Made by a program: the position numbers and the translations under genes
Shown here: positions 19,311-28,674 of the stretch, piece by piece
How the letters are laid out: each line of letters starts with the position of its first letter
How positions within the stretch are numbered: position 1 is the stretch's first letter
DNA from: an uncultured virus (IMG/VR IMGVR_UViG_3300047322_000678)
Taxonomy: Duplodnaviria; Heunggongvirae; Uroviricota; Caudoviricetes
DNA length: 64,000 nt
IMG/VR virus record: IMGVR_UViG_3300047322_000678
Direction: 5' to 3' (one strand)
The notes under the pieces: generated by a model
What the model saw: the letters and a program-made list of their open reading frames with translations, nothing else
Database searches by the model: none
What the model was told of the DNA's origin: nothing

Positions 19311-19490
19311 ACCAAAACCAGACGGTGGACTAGCCAGAGACAAGACGTTGCGCGATTATTTTGCTGGCGTGGCGCTGCAAGGATTGATCGCCAGCAATTC
19401 CGATCCTGCAACCGAACTGTACCAGCGAGACAAGGCCGCTGAGATAGCTTTTGAATATGCCGACGCCATGCTCAAGGAACGGAAGAAGCC

Positions 19491-19733
19491 ATGAAATTAC
19501 GACATTTTTTGTACCGCATTCCACATGGAAAAGACCACGACCGACTCCTAGACCAGCTCCTAACCCGCGCCTCGGACCTGGGCCTGAACATGGAACGCGC
19601 GGCGGTCAGTGATGGGCAGAACGCGGCCAGCGTCATCGCCTTTGTTGGGATTGAACCGGAACCGGGCTGCGCGTTCTCGCCGGGATTGGAGCGGGTTAAT
19701 CGAAATCTGGAGCTGCTCAGGGATGGATTATGA
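19491..19733 (+). CDS. Hypothetical protein
   Basis: Part of an ATGA-coupled chain of small ORFs. Confidence 0.45.
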   Translation: MKLRHFLYRIPHGKDHDRLLDQLLTRASDLGLNMERAAVSDGQNAASVIAFVGIEPEPGCAFSPGLERVNRNLELLRDGL

Positions 19734-19999
19734 AAAGCTGGAAACAGATCATAGTCAGTCACCGGAATTGCACATGGATCTTACCAGACGGCCATCAATG
19801 GACTAACCGGGATTGTCTGCCTAAATGGGTTCAGAAGCGAACTCACGGTTGCTGGTGCTCATCCTGGCGCTTGCTTAAAAACGGAGAATGGCGGATCTGG
19901 CGCGACGGTGCGTATCGGAAACCGAAACCGGGAGAACTGATCAAGAACCATTCCAAAGCAGCATTGGATCGGCTGGCTAAACTCAGAAACGGCCTATGA
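19730..19999 (+). CDS. Hypothetical protein
   Basis: ATGA-coupled, Trp-rich. Confidence 0.45.
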   Translation: MKSWKQIIVSHRNCTWILPDGHQWTNRDCLPKWVQKRTHGCWCSSWRLLKNGEWRIWRDGAYRKPKPGELIKNHSKAALDRLAKLRNGL

Positions 20000-20196
20000 A
20001 AACCTATCGAGACAAGGATCGGCTCTGGAACCGTTGCGACATTTGCGGCAAGCTGATCAGCATGGCCGATTTTGAATCCGGCAAGGCCCAACGCCGCATG
20101 GTTACGCCGGACACGGCTTTTTCCAGCGAAGATTACGAAACGCTTTGCCGGAACCATGCCAGAAAAGGGCTTGATCTGAGCGGCGAAACGGCTTAA
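19996..20196 (+). CDS. Zn-finger hypothetical protein
   Basis: CDICGK...LCRNH. Confidence 0.5.
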   Translation: MKTYRDKDRLWNRCDICGKLISMADFESGKAQRRMVTPDTAFSSEDYETLCRNHARKGLDLSGETA

Positions 20197-20229
20197 CCTG
20201 ATTCTGTTGTAATTCATAACTGTTCTGAG

Positions 20230-20257
20230 GCCCGGTCCTGAGTGGGACCGGGCTTTT
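20230..20257 (+). terminator. Rho-independent terminator
   Basis: GCCCGGTCC-tgagtg-GGACCGGGC-TTTT after the early block. Confidence 0.75.
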
Positions 20258-20330
20258 GCTTCCTAAACTTAGCTTTACTTTGGAGCAGATTGTTCTTGAG
20301 TGTTTCACTGTGGCAGATTAGTGTATCACC

Positions 20331-20489
20331 ATGAGCAAGAAATGGGACTCGTACAAAGGAATCAAGGTCATGCCGGAAATCTATTCCGCTATTAAACGGG
20401 CCTGTCACAAACACCCCCTGCGTCCGTCTGTGCAGAAGATGGTTAACCGGCTCTTGCGGGATGCGATTGAACAGGACAGGATCAAATAA
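20331..20489 (+). CDS. Possible ribbon-helix-helix DNA-binding protein (52 aa)
   Basis: Below the track cutoff: MSKKWDSYKGIKVMPEIYSAIKRACHKHPLRPSVQKMVNRLLRDAIEQDRIK; TAATG-coupled to the next ORF. Confidence 0.5.
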   Translation: MSKKWDSYKGIKVMPEIYSAIKRACHKHPLRPSVQKMVNRLLRDAIEQDRIK

Positions 20490-20701
20490 TGATCTCAATC
20501 GAAAAACAAATTCAAGCCCTTAACTGGACCCTAGAACGCACAAGGAATCCTTGTGAGCCTGAATTGTATTGGGCCAGCCAAGGTGCGTTCGTGACCCCGC
20601 GCCGGCCAACACCGGAAGAAACGCTGGCTGATGTGAAAGAACTGAGCCGGATTGAAAAGATGCTGGATAAGGCGGAGGCGAAACTGGCGGATTAAGAATT
20701 T

Positions 20702-20826
20702 ATGAGCGAGTGCCGGAATAAGACGGAAGGACGTGCTCCGTGTCCTGTGAGTAACTACGGGGTGGGTTGGGAGCGATCCTGTAAATCCCTTGAAACGTGC
20801 AGGCTGAAATTGCCTGTCTCGCTCAT
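20702..20826 (+). ncRNA. tRNA-like structured RNA (non-canonical)
   Basis: Closing stem ATGAGCGAG/CTCGCTCAT, D-like CCG/CGG arm, AGGACG/TGTCCT arm, T-like GCAGGC-TGAAATT-GCCTGT arm. Confidence 0.4.
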
Positions 20827-20829
20827 GCA

Positions 20830-21104
20830 AATTTCGGACAAATAAACCAAGCACCGAAACAATGAAAGGAACAGCAATGAAAAAGAACCTGTACGTATGG
20901 GAAGATTTTATCTGGGGCGGATACACCACCGGATTGGCTTTCGCCATAGCCGATTCGATGGAGCAGGCCAAACAAATGGTCGCTGCAAAGTCAGGCGAAT
21001 CCTACGACGAAACGGGATGGGGCGAGGTTAAGATTTTATCGGCAGACGATTCGGTTGCGTTTGCCAAAGAAGGTGTAAGCTAGAATTTCGGACAAATAAA
21101 CCAA
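20830..21104 (+). repeat. 21-bp direct repeat AATTTCGGACAAATAAACCAA flanking a small ORF
   Basis: Identical copies at 20830-20850 and 21084-21104. Confidence 0.85.
20862..21083 (+). CDS. Hypothetical protein
   Basis: LYVWED...YTTGLAFAIADS; GAAAGGA RBS precedes the internal ATG at 20877. Confidence 0.6.
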   Translation: MKGTAMKKNLYVWEDFIWGGYTTGLAFAIADSMEQAKQMVAAKSGESYDETGWGEVKILSADDSVAFAKEGVS

Positions 21105-21128
21105 CCCGAAAGAGAAAGGAAAACATAG

Positions 21129-21587
21129 ATGAACGTAAATGACCTGAAACAGAGCCGGTTCTTGACGAAAAATGATTGCGGAACTGGCATCCTCGTTACG
21201 ATCAAAGAGGTCGTGCAAGAAAACGTGTCGGCAGACGGTGAAGCAGAGGAAATGCACTGGTGCATGTACTTCGATGAAACCGAAAAGCCATTGATTCTCA
21301 AGCCCGTGAACGGCGCATTGCTGCAATCCATTCTGGGCAGCGGCGAGTCCGATGATTGGATCGGCAGAAAAGTTGTCCTTTTCGAGGACAAAACCGTGAT
21401 GATGAAGGGAAAAATTACCGGAGGCATCCGTATCCGCGCTCCCAGGAATCAGCAGCCGGCCCGACCCGCTGCGGCTCGTCCGTCACCTGTTGCGGGAACT
21501 CCGACGCCACGGCCCAGATCGGCACCCGCGCCGGAACCGGAACCGCCATTGAATGAACCGGAAGGCGACGATCAAGTTCCATTTTGA
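21129..21587 (+). CDS. Putative single-stranded DNA-binding / recombination protein
   Basis: SRFLTKND...KPLILK...DDWIGRKVVL...GGIRIR, Pro-rich linker, acidic DDQVPF tail. Confidence 0.65.
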   Translation: MNVNDLKQSRFLTKNDCGTGILVTIKEVVQENVSADGEAEEMHWCMYFDETEKPLILKPVNGALLQSILGSGESDDWIGRKVVLFEDKTVMMKGKITGGIRIRAPRNQQPARPAAARPSPVAGTPTPRPRSAPAPEPEPPLNEPEGDDQVPF

Positions 21588-21722
21588 TCGACGGAGAACA
21601 ATCAGACAAGAAGGGCGGATCGCTCTGTGAATTATGCGGGACGTTCAGAGACTACCGCCTTTCTTGGTCTGAAAAGCATCAGCTTTGGACCTGCTTTTTT
21701 TGCAGACTTTTACCTAAACAAA

Positions 21723-22070
21723 ATGAAAGCGTTAAGTTTAGACCTGATAATGACAGGCGCATCAACTCACGTTGATGGAAGTCTCGGTCTAAAGTTCAGT
21801 ACCGCCGAATTGCAACCAAGTGAGAAAACAACTGTTTTTGAATTGCTCAATCAGAATTTGAAAGTTTTGATACAACCTTCAGGGGAAGCTCCAGAGTCAC
21901 TTGTTGAAGTTAAAACTCCGTTGAATTTCAAAAGTCCAAGTAGCCGGTTCCGTTCAATTTTATACATAGAGTGGAAACAGAAACAACCCGACATGACGTT
22001 CGATGAGTTTTATTTACGCGAGATGGAAAAGCTCTGCGAACGCCGCAAGTCCATGCTTCAACCAGAATGA
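21723..22070 (+). CDS. Hypothetical protein
   Basis: DGSLGLKFST...KSPSSRFRSILY pattern. Confidence 0.55.
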   Translation: MKALSLDLIMTGASTHVDGSLGLKFSTAELQPSEKTTVFELLNQNLKVLIQPSGEAPESLVEVKTPLNFKSPSSRFRSILYIEWKQKQPDMTFDEFYLREMEKLCERRKSMLQPE

Positions 22071-22525
22071 ATAAGATGAAATGTTCTATTGAATCGTGCA
22101 ACCGTCCCGTACACGCACGTGGATTGTGCGGTGCCCATTATCAGCGAAACAGATTATCTTCTAAAGGAATAGATCCGCAAAGGCCAGTTGGAGCCAGATC
22201 TGGAAAATATAGCGCCACATGGAAAGGCGGAACATTTCGCACTGTTGATGGTCGGGTTTTGATTATGGACGTAACTCATCCACATCCTGATTATTTGAAA
22301 AAATACGTCTTTCGTTATCGTTCGGTAATGGAAAAGCATATTGGTCGTTATCTTGAACGTTCCGAAATAATCCATCACAAAAACGGAATTGTAGATGATG
22401 ATCGCATTGAAAATCTTGAAATAACCAACAGAGCAGATCATATAAATCATCACCGTAAGGAACTTACGGAGGCTAGACTTGCAATGTATGCGCGTCGTAA
22501 ATCCCAACTCGAACCTGAAGTATGA
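22067..22525 (+). CDS. HNH endonuclease
   Basis: CSIESC...GLCGAHY, WKGG, EIIHHKNGIVDDDRIENL...HINHH. Confidence 0.85.
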   Translation: MNKMKCSIESCNRPVHARGLCGAHYQRNRLSSKGIDPQRPVGARSGKYSATWKGGTFRTVDGRVLIMDVTHPHPDYLKKYVFRYRSVMEKHIGRYLERSEIIHHKNGIVDDDRIENLEITNRADHINHHRKELTEARLAMYARRKSQLEPEV

Positions 22526-23277
22526 ACGTTCAAACTGATTTACTTGTCCCCACCCCCGCCCCCGCTGACCCCTCCTCGCTCCTGATCGTGGACCACCGCA
22601 ACAGGACCGCCTTGGCAACCGAAGCGGTCAAGGTCTGGGAGTTTAAGGTATTGGACGAAGCCTCAGCCGTAACCAGTTGCAATTCGGCTGCTGAACAGGC
22701 CATAGCCGTTCGTGCTCAAACTTCCCTAGCGCAATACGTAAAGGCCGTGGACAATGCCGGAGAGGCGATCAAGAAACCACTCAATGAGATCCGGTCCAAA
22801 GTGATCGCCTTGAACAAAGAGCTTGTGGCCGCAGCCGATCAGCAAGGCCAGCGCATCGGTTCCCTCATAGCCGATTTCCAGATCTGTGAACAAAACCGCG
22901 TAGCAGCCCTCAGGAGGCTTCAGGACCAGCAGGCCACCATATTGGAGCAGGAACAGGATAAACGCCTCGCAGAAGCCAATTCTGTCGCAGAGCAGGACCA
23001 GATTCGGGATGAGTTCAGAGCCGAATTAGCCGCTCAAGCCCCGCCGGTTGAGCCGATCCGGGCACCGGGCCAGGTGGTGAAGCAGCAATGGTCTGTGGAA
23101 GTAACTGATATTCATACACTTTACCGTTGCCATCCGAACTGTTGCAGCCTGAAACCGCTCCTGAACGAGATCAAGTTTCTGCTGGATCAGGGGATTAGCG
23201 TTAAAGGCGTCCGGGCCGAGAAGGTTACAGTGGCCAGCGTGAGGCTGGCCCCGCAACCGGCTGCGATAACAATATGA
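22522..23277 (+). CDS. Coiled-coil protein (possible Gam/Gp157-like recombination accessory)
   Basis: Long helical region, IKKPLNE, C-terminal ISVKGVR. Confidence 0.45.
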   Translation: MNVQTDLLVPTPAPADPSSLLIVDHRNRTALATEAVKVWEFKVLDEASAVTSCNSAAEQAIAVRAQTSLAQYVKAVDNAGEAIKKPLNEIRSKVIALNKELVAAADQQGQRIGSLIADFQICEQNRVAALRRLQDQQATILEQEQDKRLAEANSVAEQDQIRDEFRAELAAQAPPVEPIRAPGQVVKQQWSVEVTDIHTLYRCHPNCCSLKPLLNEIKFLLDQGISVKGVRAEKVTVASVRLAPQPAAITI

Positions 23278-23940
23278 ACCATTTGCCCAACCAGCCCTTT
23301 TGCGGGGCGGAACCGCCTAGAGAGCGGGTGCTGGCTCTGGGCAGGCTCAATTTATGAACCAGTCCCTGAAATCAAAAATCACCGCAGCTTGGGAATATTG
23401 CGAGTGCGGTTGCAAGGGCTACCGGAATCGGTTGATGACCGATTACTGGTCTTACACTCCACTCGGCCAGGATTGGATCCTGCAAGTCTGGTGTGGACAC
23501 GCGCTGATGGGGGAACAGATCGGGATGCTGCCCTGGAAATGGAAGTTTGAAGATGCAACCGATTTGATTCTGGCTCATGCCAAAGAACATTCAGCACTGT
23601 TACAGGAAATTTTATGATCCGTTTCCTGTTCATTCTGATCGTCACAGCCTCATTCGTCTGCGCGGCGACCCTGCTGTCGCACGGCCATTACCTGCTCGGG
23701 TCGGTCCTGTCGGCGCTGGTCGTGCTGGTGATTGTGAGCCGGGAATCGGCGAGGTAATATGAACACGCTCGATTACGAATGGCAGGAGCACAGCATCCAA
23801 TCTGTGATGAACTATTTCAAGAAAGGGTTCCAATCCAAGAACGGCGATGAAATACTTGGCATCGACTACTTTATTGATCCGGTCAAGGAACGAGTCATTT
23901 TCAGATTGACGGTGAGTAAAAAGGTGCAAGAGAGAAAGCT

Positions 23941-24324
23941 GTGAATGAACAACTCAAAGTCACCGGCAGAATCCTGCCAATCTCAGAAGCGACCAAGAGG
24001 CGGAACCCGGAAATCTACGGTCGTGCTAAGCCTGTGGCTGGATTACGTCCCGAAAAGCCCGAACCAGACCAGCGGAGTCAAGGCCAGAATCGGGAACTGG
24101 AGCAAGGCAAGGAAAGCCCTCATTACCGTATTAGCTTCACAGTGTACCGGAAACGGCTTTTGGACAGCCATGACAATGCGAGATCGGCTCTTAAGGCTCT
24201 CGTTGATGCGATCACAGCATCGCTCGGATTCCGATCAGACGATTGCCCAGAACTCATCTGGGAGTATCACCAAATCAAAACAACCGGACCTCAAGGGGTC
24301 CATATCCTGATAGGAAAGTTATGA
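23941..24324 (+). CDS. RusA-like Holliday junction resolvase
   Basis: RKRLLDSHDN...KALVDAI...SDD acidic triad pattern. Confidence 0.6.
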   Translation: MNEQLKVTGRILPISEATKRRNPEIYGRAKPVAGLRPEKPEPDQRSQGQNRELEQGKESPHYRISFTVYRKRLLDSHDNARSALKALVDAITASLGFRSDDCPELIWEYHQIKTTGPQGVHILIGKL

Positions 24325-24686
24325 AAAGAACGTTTATCACAATCGGATTAGTCCTGACCGCAACCGCCAGTTTTTATTTGCTCCGGCCCGCTGCCAAAGC
24401 TGCTGCTGACCGGATCCCGGTCCATGATGTGGTTGTGATCCAGCTATCGTCAACTGGGCACAGTTTCAATAATGAAAACGGATACTCGTACCAGTATCAG
24501 GGCTTGGTGATCTGGAACTCCAGCAGCAGCGCCAACGCACCCAAGTTCCCGAACGAGGTAATCCCGTCCATCGACAATACCTATCTGACTAATGCAGCAG
24601 ATGGAATTGCTCAGATTCTGGACCAGGGCTTCGCGCGGGTCAGTGACGGGAAGGACGGAACGATTACGTTCGTCCGAACCCGTTAA
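24321..24686 (+). CDS. Secreted or membrane-anchored hypothetical protein
   Basis: MKRTFITIGLVLTATASFYLL signal/anchor sequence. Confidence 0.55.
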   Translation: MKRTFITIGLVLTATASFYLLRPAAKAAADRIPVHDVVVIQLSSTGHSFNNENGYSYQYQGLVIWNSSSSANAPKFPNEVIPSIDNTYLTNAADGIAQILDQGFARVSDGKDGTITFVRTR

Positions 24687-26752
24687 GGCGTTATTTCAAT
24701 AACGAAACTGTTTCCGAAACTGTTCGGAGCGGTTAGGCTGACACCTGATTGACCAAATCGAGTCGTGTCATTGAAATTTCCCGTTGCAAGACAGTTTCCA
24801 CTGTTTGGATCAATGGATATTCCGTTTACGCCGTCGCTTTTAGGTCCGTCAATTTGAACGTACCAGATCACGGATCCATTCGCCGCGTTAAGTTTTAATA
24901 CAACCCCGCTATAGGCCGAACTCGTCAACGCTATTCCATTAGGCAAAACAACTCCCGTCTCAGCGTTGCCGTTAAAATTGAAAGCTATCACCGGATTGCT
25001 ATTTTTGTCCAAAACCATCCAGGACATAGCCCCGTTATCTCCGGTAATGACACATTTCTGTTGCCATGAAGTTCCTTGCACATACACGCCATCAGAAGCT
25101 CTGTATTTTGCAACTCCAACATTGTTCAACTGGCCGGTTGTCATGTTTATTCCAGCCCCTAAATCACATAGTCCTGAAACATCAAAGAGGCAATAAAGGT
25201 TTCCCTGACCGTCCAGCGACAAGTAAAAACATTGAGAGGATGTTGCTGGCGGATTTGCATGAGTGCCAGGACCTGGTGTTGTATTGGGGGTATCTCCACC
25301 ACGTCGGAATGACCACTGATGGATTCCGTTATTGTCGAATTTTCCAACATACGCCTGTTTATACGTAAGATTAGATGTATAGATTGTGTGGCTTCCGTCA
25401 TTGCCAGGGTTGTTGTAAGCTAGGTCTATTGAGTAGTAAAAATTGCCACCGATATAAACATTATCGGTCGAATCAATGGTTATTCCAAGACCCTGGTTTA
25501 CGGTGCCGAAAACAACTGCCGGAAACGAAATGTTCCAGAGAAAGTTTCCGTCTTTATCGTATTTAGCTAAAACCGATTGCGTGAACTGCTGATTCACTAC
25601 AATCGGAGCGCCTCCGAATGAGCATCCGTTACCCTGGAAATATCCGATGCAAAACATGTTCTGGCTTGAATCAAGCACGCAGCCCGTGAACTCACAAAAC
25701 CGAGACAGATCGGCAATAACATAGCCATGTGACCAGAGATGATTTCCGCTGCTGTTATATTCAGCGTGCCATGCTCCTGTGCTGGTACATACGAAATTGC
25801 TTCCACCGAAATTGCCGGTGCCCGTGAATATTCCGCAAAGAAAAACATTCCCAGAAGGGTCAACGTCGATTCCATTTACAGCTATATCACCTGCGCCACC
25901 GTAACTCTTGGACCAGACATACTCTCCGCCCGACCTGAACTTCGCGATGTACAACGAGTAAGATCCCGGAGAAGATACAAGATCCGCTCCGCCCATGTTC
26001 TGGGTGCCCTTGAAATAACCGGCAACGATATAATCACCGCTCGCCAGAACTTTGATTACCTTCCCGACAGAGGCAAGAGTTGAATTGAACCCGACCGCTC
26101 TAATCACAGTTCCAGACGCATTCCCGGCCAAACTCGGGCTGTTATACGGCACGGTCACGCCGTTGGCGGTGATTTCCCGGATCCGATACGCGACCGGGGA
26201 TGGGGTTGAATCTTGAGCAGATCGGACCCCGACCGCAAACGGACTGCCGGTGATGCCGGACCAGTTCGTGCCGTTGTCGGTACTCTTTTCAACGATGAAG
26301 GGGGTCAATGAATCAGCCATAGTCGTATCAGGCGCGTTCCAGGTTAGGCGCGGTTGGGTGTTGGTTGCGAGATTGAGCTGGCCCGGTGCCTGAGCCTGCA
26401 CCTTCCAGAATTGATCCTCCCCGAGAGATACCGTGTTGGATTTGCCCAGTAAAAAATTGCCCTGCACCTGCCACGGCCCTTGCAATGTTGGACTGGCCCA
26501 GACTTGGAACGGGCCGGTGCCTCCGGTCCATTGCAGAACCGTTTTCCCGCCCATCACATCCACGGTTATGTTCGTGATGCTGAAACCAGTTACAGCTTGG
26601 GGCGTGACCTTTACGGGCGCAGCCTGAGATCCCTGCACCCGCATCGGGATGCGTTGCTCCCTCGATTTTGGAGATTCGGTTATGGTCGGAATCTGCCACG
26701 GGAGCGGGGGCAGGCCCGTGACGGCCAGCAGAAGAAGTGTTGTGATCGTCAT
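24683..26752 (-). CDS. Secreted beta-propeller (SBBP-like repeat) protein with N-terminal beta-sandwich modules
   Basis: Hydrophobic N-terminus; repeats GIDVDPSGNVFLCG, LDSSQNMFCIG, IDSTDNVYIGG, AKYDKDGNFLW; own promoter-like TTGCTT-N17-TAGAGT. Confidence 0.75.
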   Translation of the reverse strand: MTITTLLLLAVTGLPPLPWQIPTITESPKSREQRIPMRVQGSQAAPVKVTPQAVTGFSITNITVDVMGGKTVLQWTGGTGPFQVWASPTLQGPWQVQGNFLLGKSNTVSLGEDQFWKVQAQAPGQLNLATNTQPRLTWNAPDTTMADSLTPFIVEKSTDNGTNWSGITGSPFAVGVRSAQDSTPSPVAYRIREITANGVTVPYNSPSLAGNASGTVIRAVGFNSTLASVGKVIKVLASGDYIVAGYFKGTQNMGGADLVSSPGSYSLYIAKFRSGGEYVWSKSYGGAGDIAVNGIDVDPSGNVFLCGIFTGTGNFGGSNFVCTSTGAWHAEYNSSGNHLWSHGYVIADLSRFCEFTGCVLDSSQNMFCIGYFQGNGCSFGGAPIVVNQQFTQSVLAKYDKDGNFLWNISFPAVVFGTVNQGLGITIDSTDNVYIGGNFYYSIDLAYNNPGNDGSHTIYTSNLTYKQAYVGKFDNNGIHQWSFRRGGDTPNTTPGPGTHANPPATSSQCFYLSLDGQGNLYCLFDVSGLCDLGAGINMTTGQLNNVGVAKYRASDGVYVQGTSWQQKCVITGDNGAMSWMVLDKNSNPVIAFNFNGNAETGVVLPNGIALTSSAYSGVVLKLNAANGSVIWYVQIDGPKSDGVNGISIDPNSGNCLATGNFNDTTRFGQSGVSLTAPNSFGNSFVIEITP

Positions 26753-26862
26753 TCACTTTCTGACTCTACATGAACAGAAACCGTCAAGCAATGGAAATCC
26801 CCGGCGATGCTTCAACAAGAAGCTGGACCGAACGCTAATGGCATTCGAGCCGCGCCGAGGCA

Positions 26863-26889
26863 TGGCCGGTCCCGGTGAAGGACCGGCCA
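26863..26889. terminator. Hairpin, probable terminator of the late operon
   Basis: TGGCCGGTCC-cggtgaa-GGACCGGCCA just after the stop of 26896..27198. Confidence 0.55.
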
Positions 26890-26895
26890 AATGGG

Positions 26896-27198
26896 TTAAG
26901 GCGTCGGTGTCGGCGGTTCTTCCGTCGCGGCATCGAGCGAGGCGGCGGTGTCTTTGGCCGCGCCGATCTTCGTGCCCATCGCATCTACGCGAGCCTGGAG
27001 CGCATCTACCAGAGCCTGATCTTCCGGAGAGAATGTCCCCGGATTATTCTGGAGTTGGGCAATGGTGTCTTTCAGGAACTTTTCATCTGCTGATATGCCG
27101 GTCAGGCTCGTCACCAGAGTATCCACATCCGTTCCCATTGTGTCGTACTTGGCATTCACCGCATCGGCGTATGCCTGGAGGGCTGGATTAACTGCCAT
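26896..27198 (-). CDS. Coiled-coil hypothetical protein
   Basis: GAAAGG RBS; helical; Pro-rich tail. Confidence 0.65.
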   Translation of the reverse strand: MAVNPALQAYADAVNAKYDTMGTDVDTLVTSLTGISADEKFLKDTIAQLQNNPGTFSPEDQALVDALQARVDAMGTKIGAAKDTAASLDAATEEPPTPTP

Positions 27199-27231
27199 GA
27201 TCTTACCTTTCGTTATGCGCCGAAGCGCGGT

Positions 27232-27444
27232 TTATGTTTCGTTGTCCAGACGTTTATACGCCCGTGCAACGTGTTTAATTCTCTTGGCCAGCACAGTTGC
27301 TCGCAAGAGAAGAATGTCAAATACCTCTGCGTCATCGTGATTGTTCTTCTGCTGCTCAGTCAGCGCATGAACTTCACGGGCCAAACCTTTTACAGCGTCG
27401 GCCAGATCCTTGTCACCGAAGATTGATGTTGGATTATCCGGCAT
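27232..27444 (-). CDS. Hypothetical protein
   Basis: 70 aa helical ORF in the operon. Confidence 0.5.
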   Translation of the reverse strand: MPDNPTSIFGDKDLADAVKGLAREVHALTEQQKNNHDDAEVFDILLLRATVLAKRIKHVARAYKRLDNET

Positions 27445-27447
27445 AAA

Positions 27448-28200
27448 TCATTTCCTCACCAGATCCGCATCAGTCACGAGCTGGGCCACATCGAATCCCT
27501 CTGGGCTTTTACCGGCAATCAGATAATCGGCTGAGATCATGGCCACAGCTTCATCACAGTACTTGCTGATGAACTGTTTCGTCAATGGCTGGAGCTGTCC
27601 CCAAGTGACACAGACCGGATCTTTCCGCTGCGCGACTATCGGCACATAATGCCCGCCCTGTACTCGAGAGCCACCGACCGGGGACCAGGGCTGACCGTTG
27701 TCGAACTGATCCATTGCTGAATCGGGAAATTCAATCCCAAGCCCGACCACGCCGAACAGATAAACCGAGGCCATAATGTGATCGACATTGCCCGGTTCCA
27801 GCCAGAGATACGCGCCGATCTTATGGCGTTTGCCCGAAGCATCGAGAATTCCTGTTTGCCGCCGATACTTAGCAGCATCGTGCATATCCGTGCCTTGATC
27901 GCTGCTTGGTTCTGCCGTGTTGTATCCGGTCACAACCGAATAATCGGACAGGACACAGGCATCATTGAACTGAGCTGTAGCGGGATCTCCAGCAGCGGTC
28001 CATAATTGAGTCTCGTGCGCGGCACCAGCCCAGACACAATCACCGACTGAATCATTCCCGAGCATGGGCCAACTCGAAATCAACGCTTCATGCCCGAACT
28101 GGTCCGGTATCGGTGGCAGTTTGGCCATGTCCAGATACCGGGACATGAGCAGATCCCGCCGATCATACCGGGCTGGACGCTTGCCGAGTTTGAAACTCAT
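27448..28200 (-). CDS. Papain-like (C1-related) cysteine peptidase
   Basis: MLGNDSVGDCVWAG (catalytic Cys), DQGT, GGHYVPIV (His), TWG. Confidence 0.65.
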   Translation of the reverse strand: MSFKLGKRPARYDRRDLLMSRYLDMAKLPPIPDQFGHEALISSWPMLGNDSVGDCVWAGAAHETQLWTAAGDPATAQFNDACVLSDYSVVTGYNTAEPSSDQGTDMHDAAKYRRQTGILDASGKRHKIGAYLWLEPGNVDHIMASVYLFGVVGLGIEFPDSAMDQFDNGQPWSPVGGSRVQGGHYVPIVAQRKDPVCVTWGQLQPLTKQFISKYCDEAVAMISADYLIAGKSPEGFDVAQLVTDADLVRK

Positions 28201-28553
28201 GGCGCGGCTTTGGGACTGAACAGCATTTGGAACCGAGGCGGGGGCGGGGCACCTTCGTACCCCGTCACGATGGCTTCCTTGATCGAAGTATCGAGAAGAT
28301 GCTGGCCAAGTACAAATTCATCGTCCACGGTCGCGGTCCAGAGCTTGTTGGTCGAGGACGGGATAAAGGTGACGCTTTCGGAGACAAACCCGAGCTGGAT
28401 CCCGTAACCGTTCCAACTGGCCTTGATACCGACCACCCGGCTGTGCTGCGCCATCGTGTATGGATACGGCGGTTTGTGCAGTTCCTTCACGAATCCGGCA
28501 CAGCCGCAGAGGCCGACGATGATGGGAGGAATACAAAGATGCCAGAATTTCAT
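28197..28553 (-). CDS. Lipoprotein
   Basis: MKFWHLCIPPIIVGLCGC lipobox. Confidence 0.55.
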   Translation of the reverse strand: MKFWHLCIPPIIVGLCGCAGFVKELHKPPYPYTMAQHSRVVGIKASWNGYGIQLGFVSESVTFIPSSTNKLWTATVDDEFVLGQHLLDTSIKEAIVTGYEGAPPPPRFQMLFSPKAAP

Positions 28554-28674
28554 TGTGTCAGCAGCAGTATGATGTAACCAGCCCCGACAAATAATCCCGC
28601 ACCGAACCCGATAGCCAACATCCCAATTTCGTCCAGATGACGATCTTCCCAAACTCGGTATCGGTGCCAGAGCC

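Noticed and set aside
20702..20826. Canonical tRNA-Glu(CTC) or tmRNA
   Set aside because: Lacks U33, purine 37, the TTC loop and CCA; too short for tmRNA and has no tag ORF.
17008..21104. CRISPR array
   Set aside because: Repeated elements are few, mostly non-identical and separated by whole genes; no cas genes.
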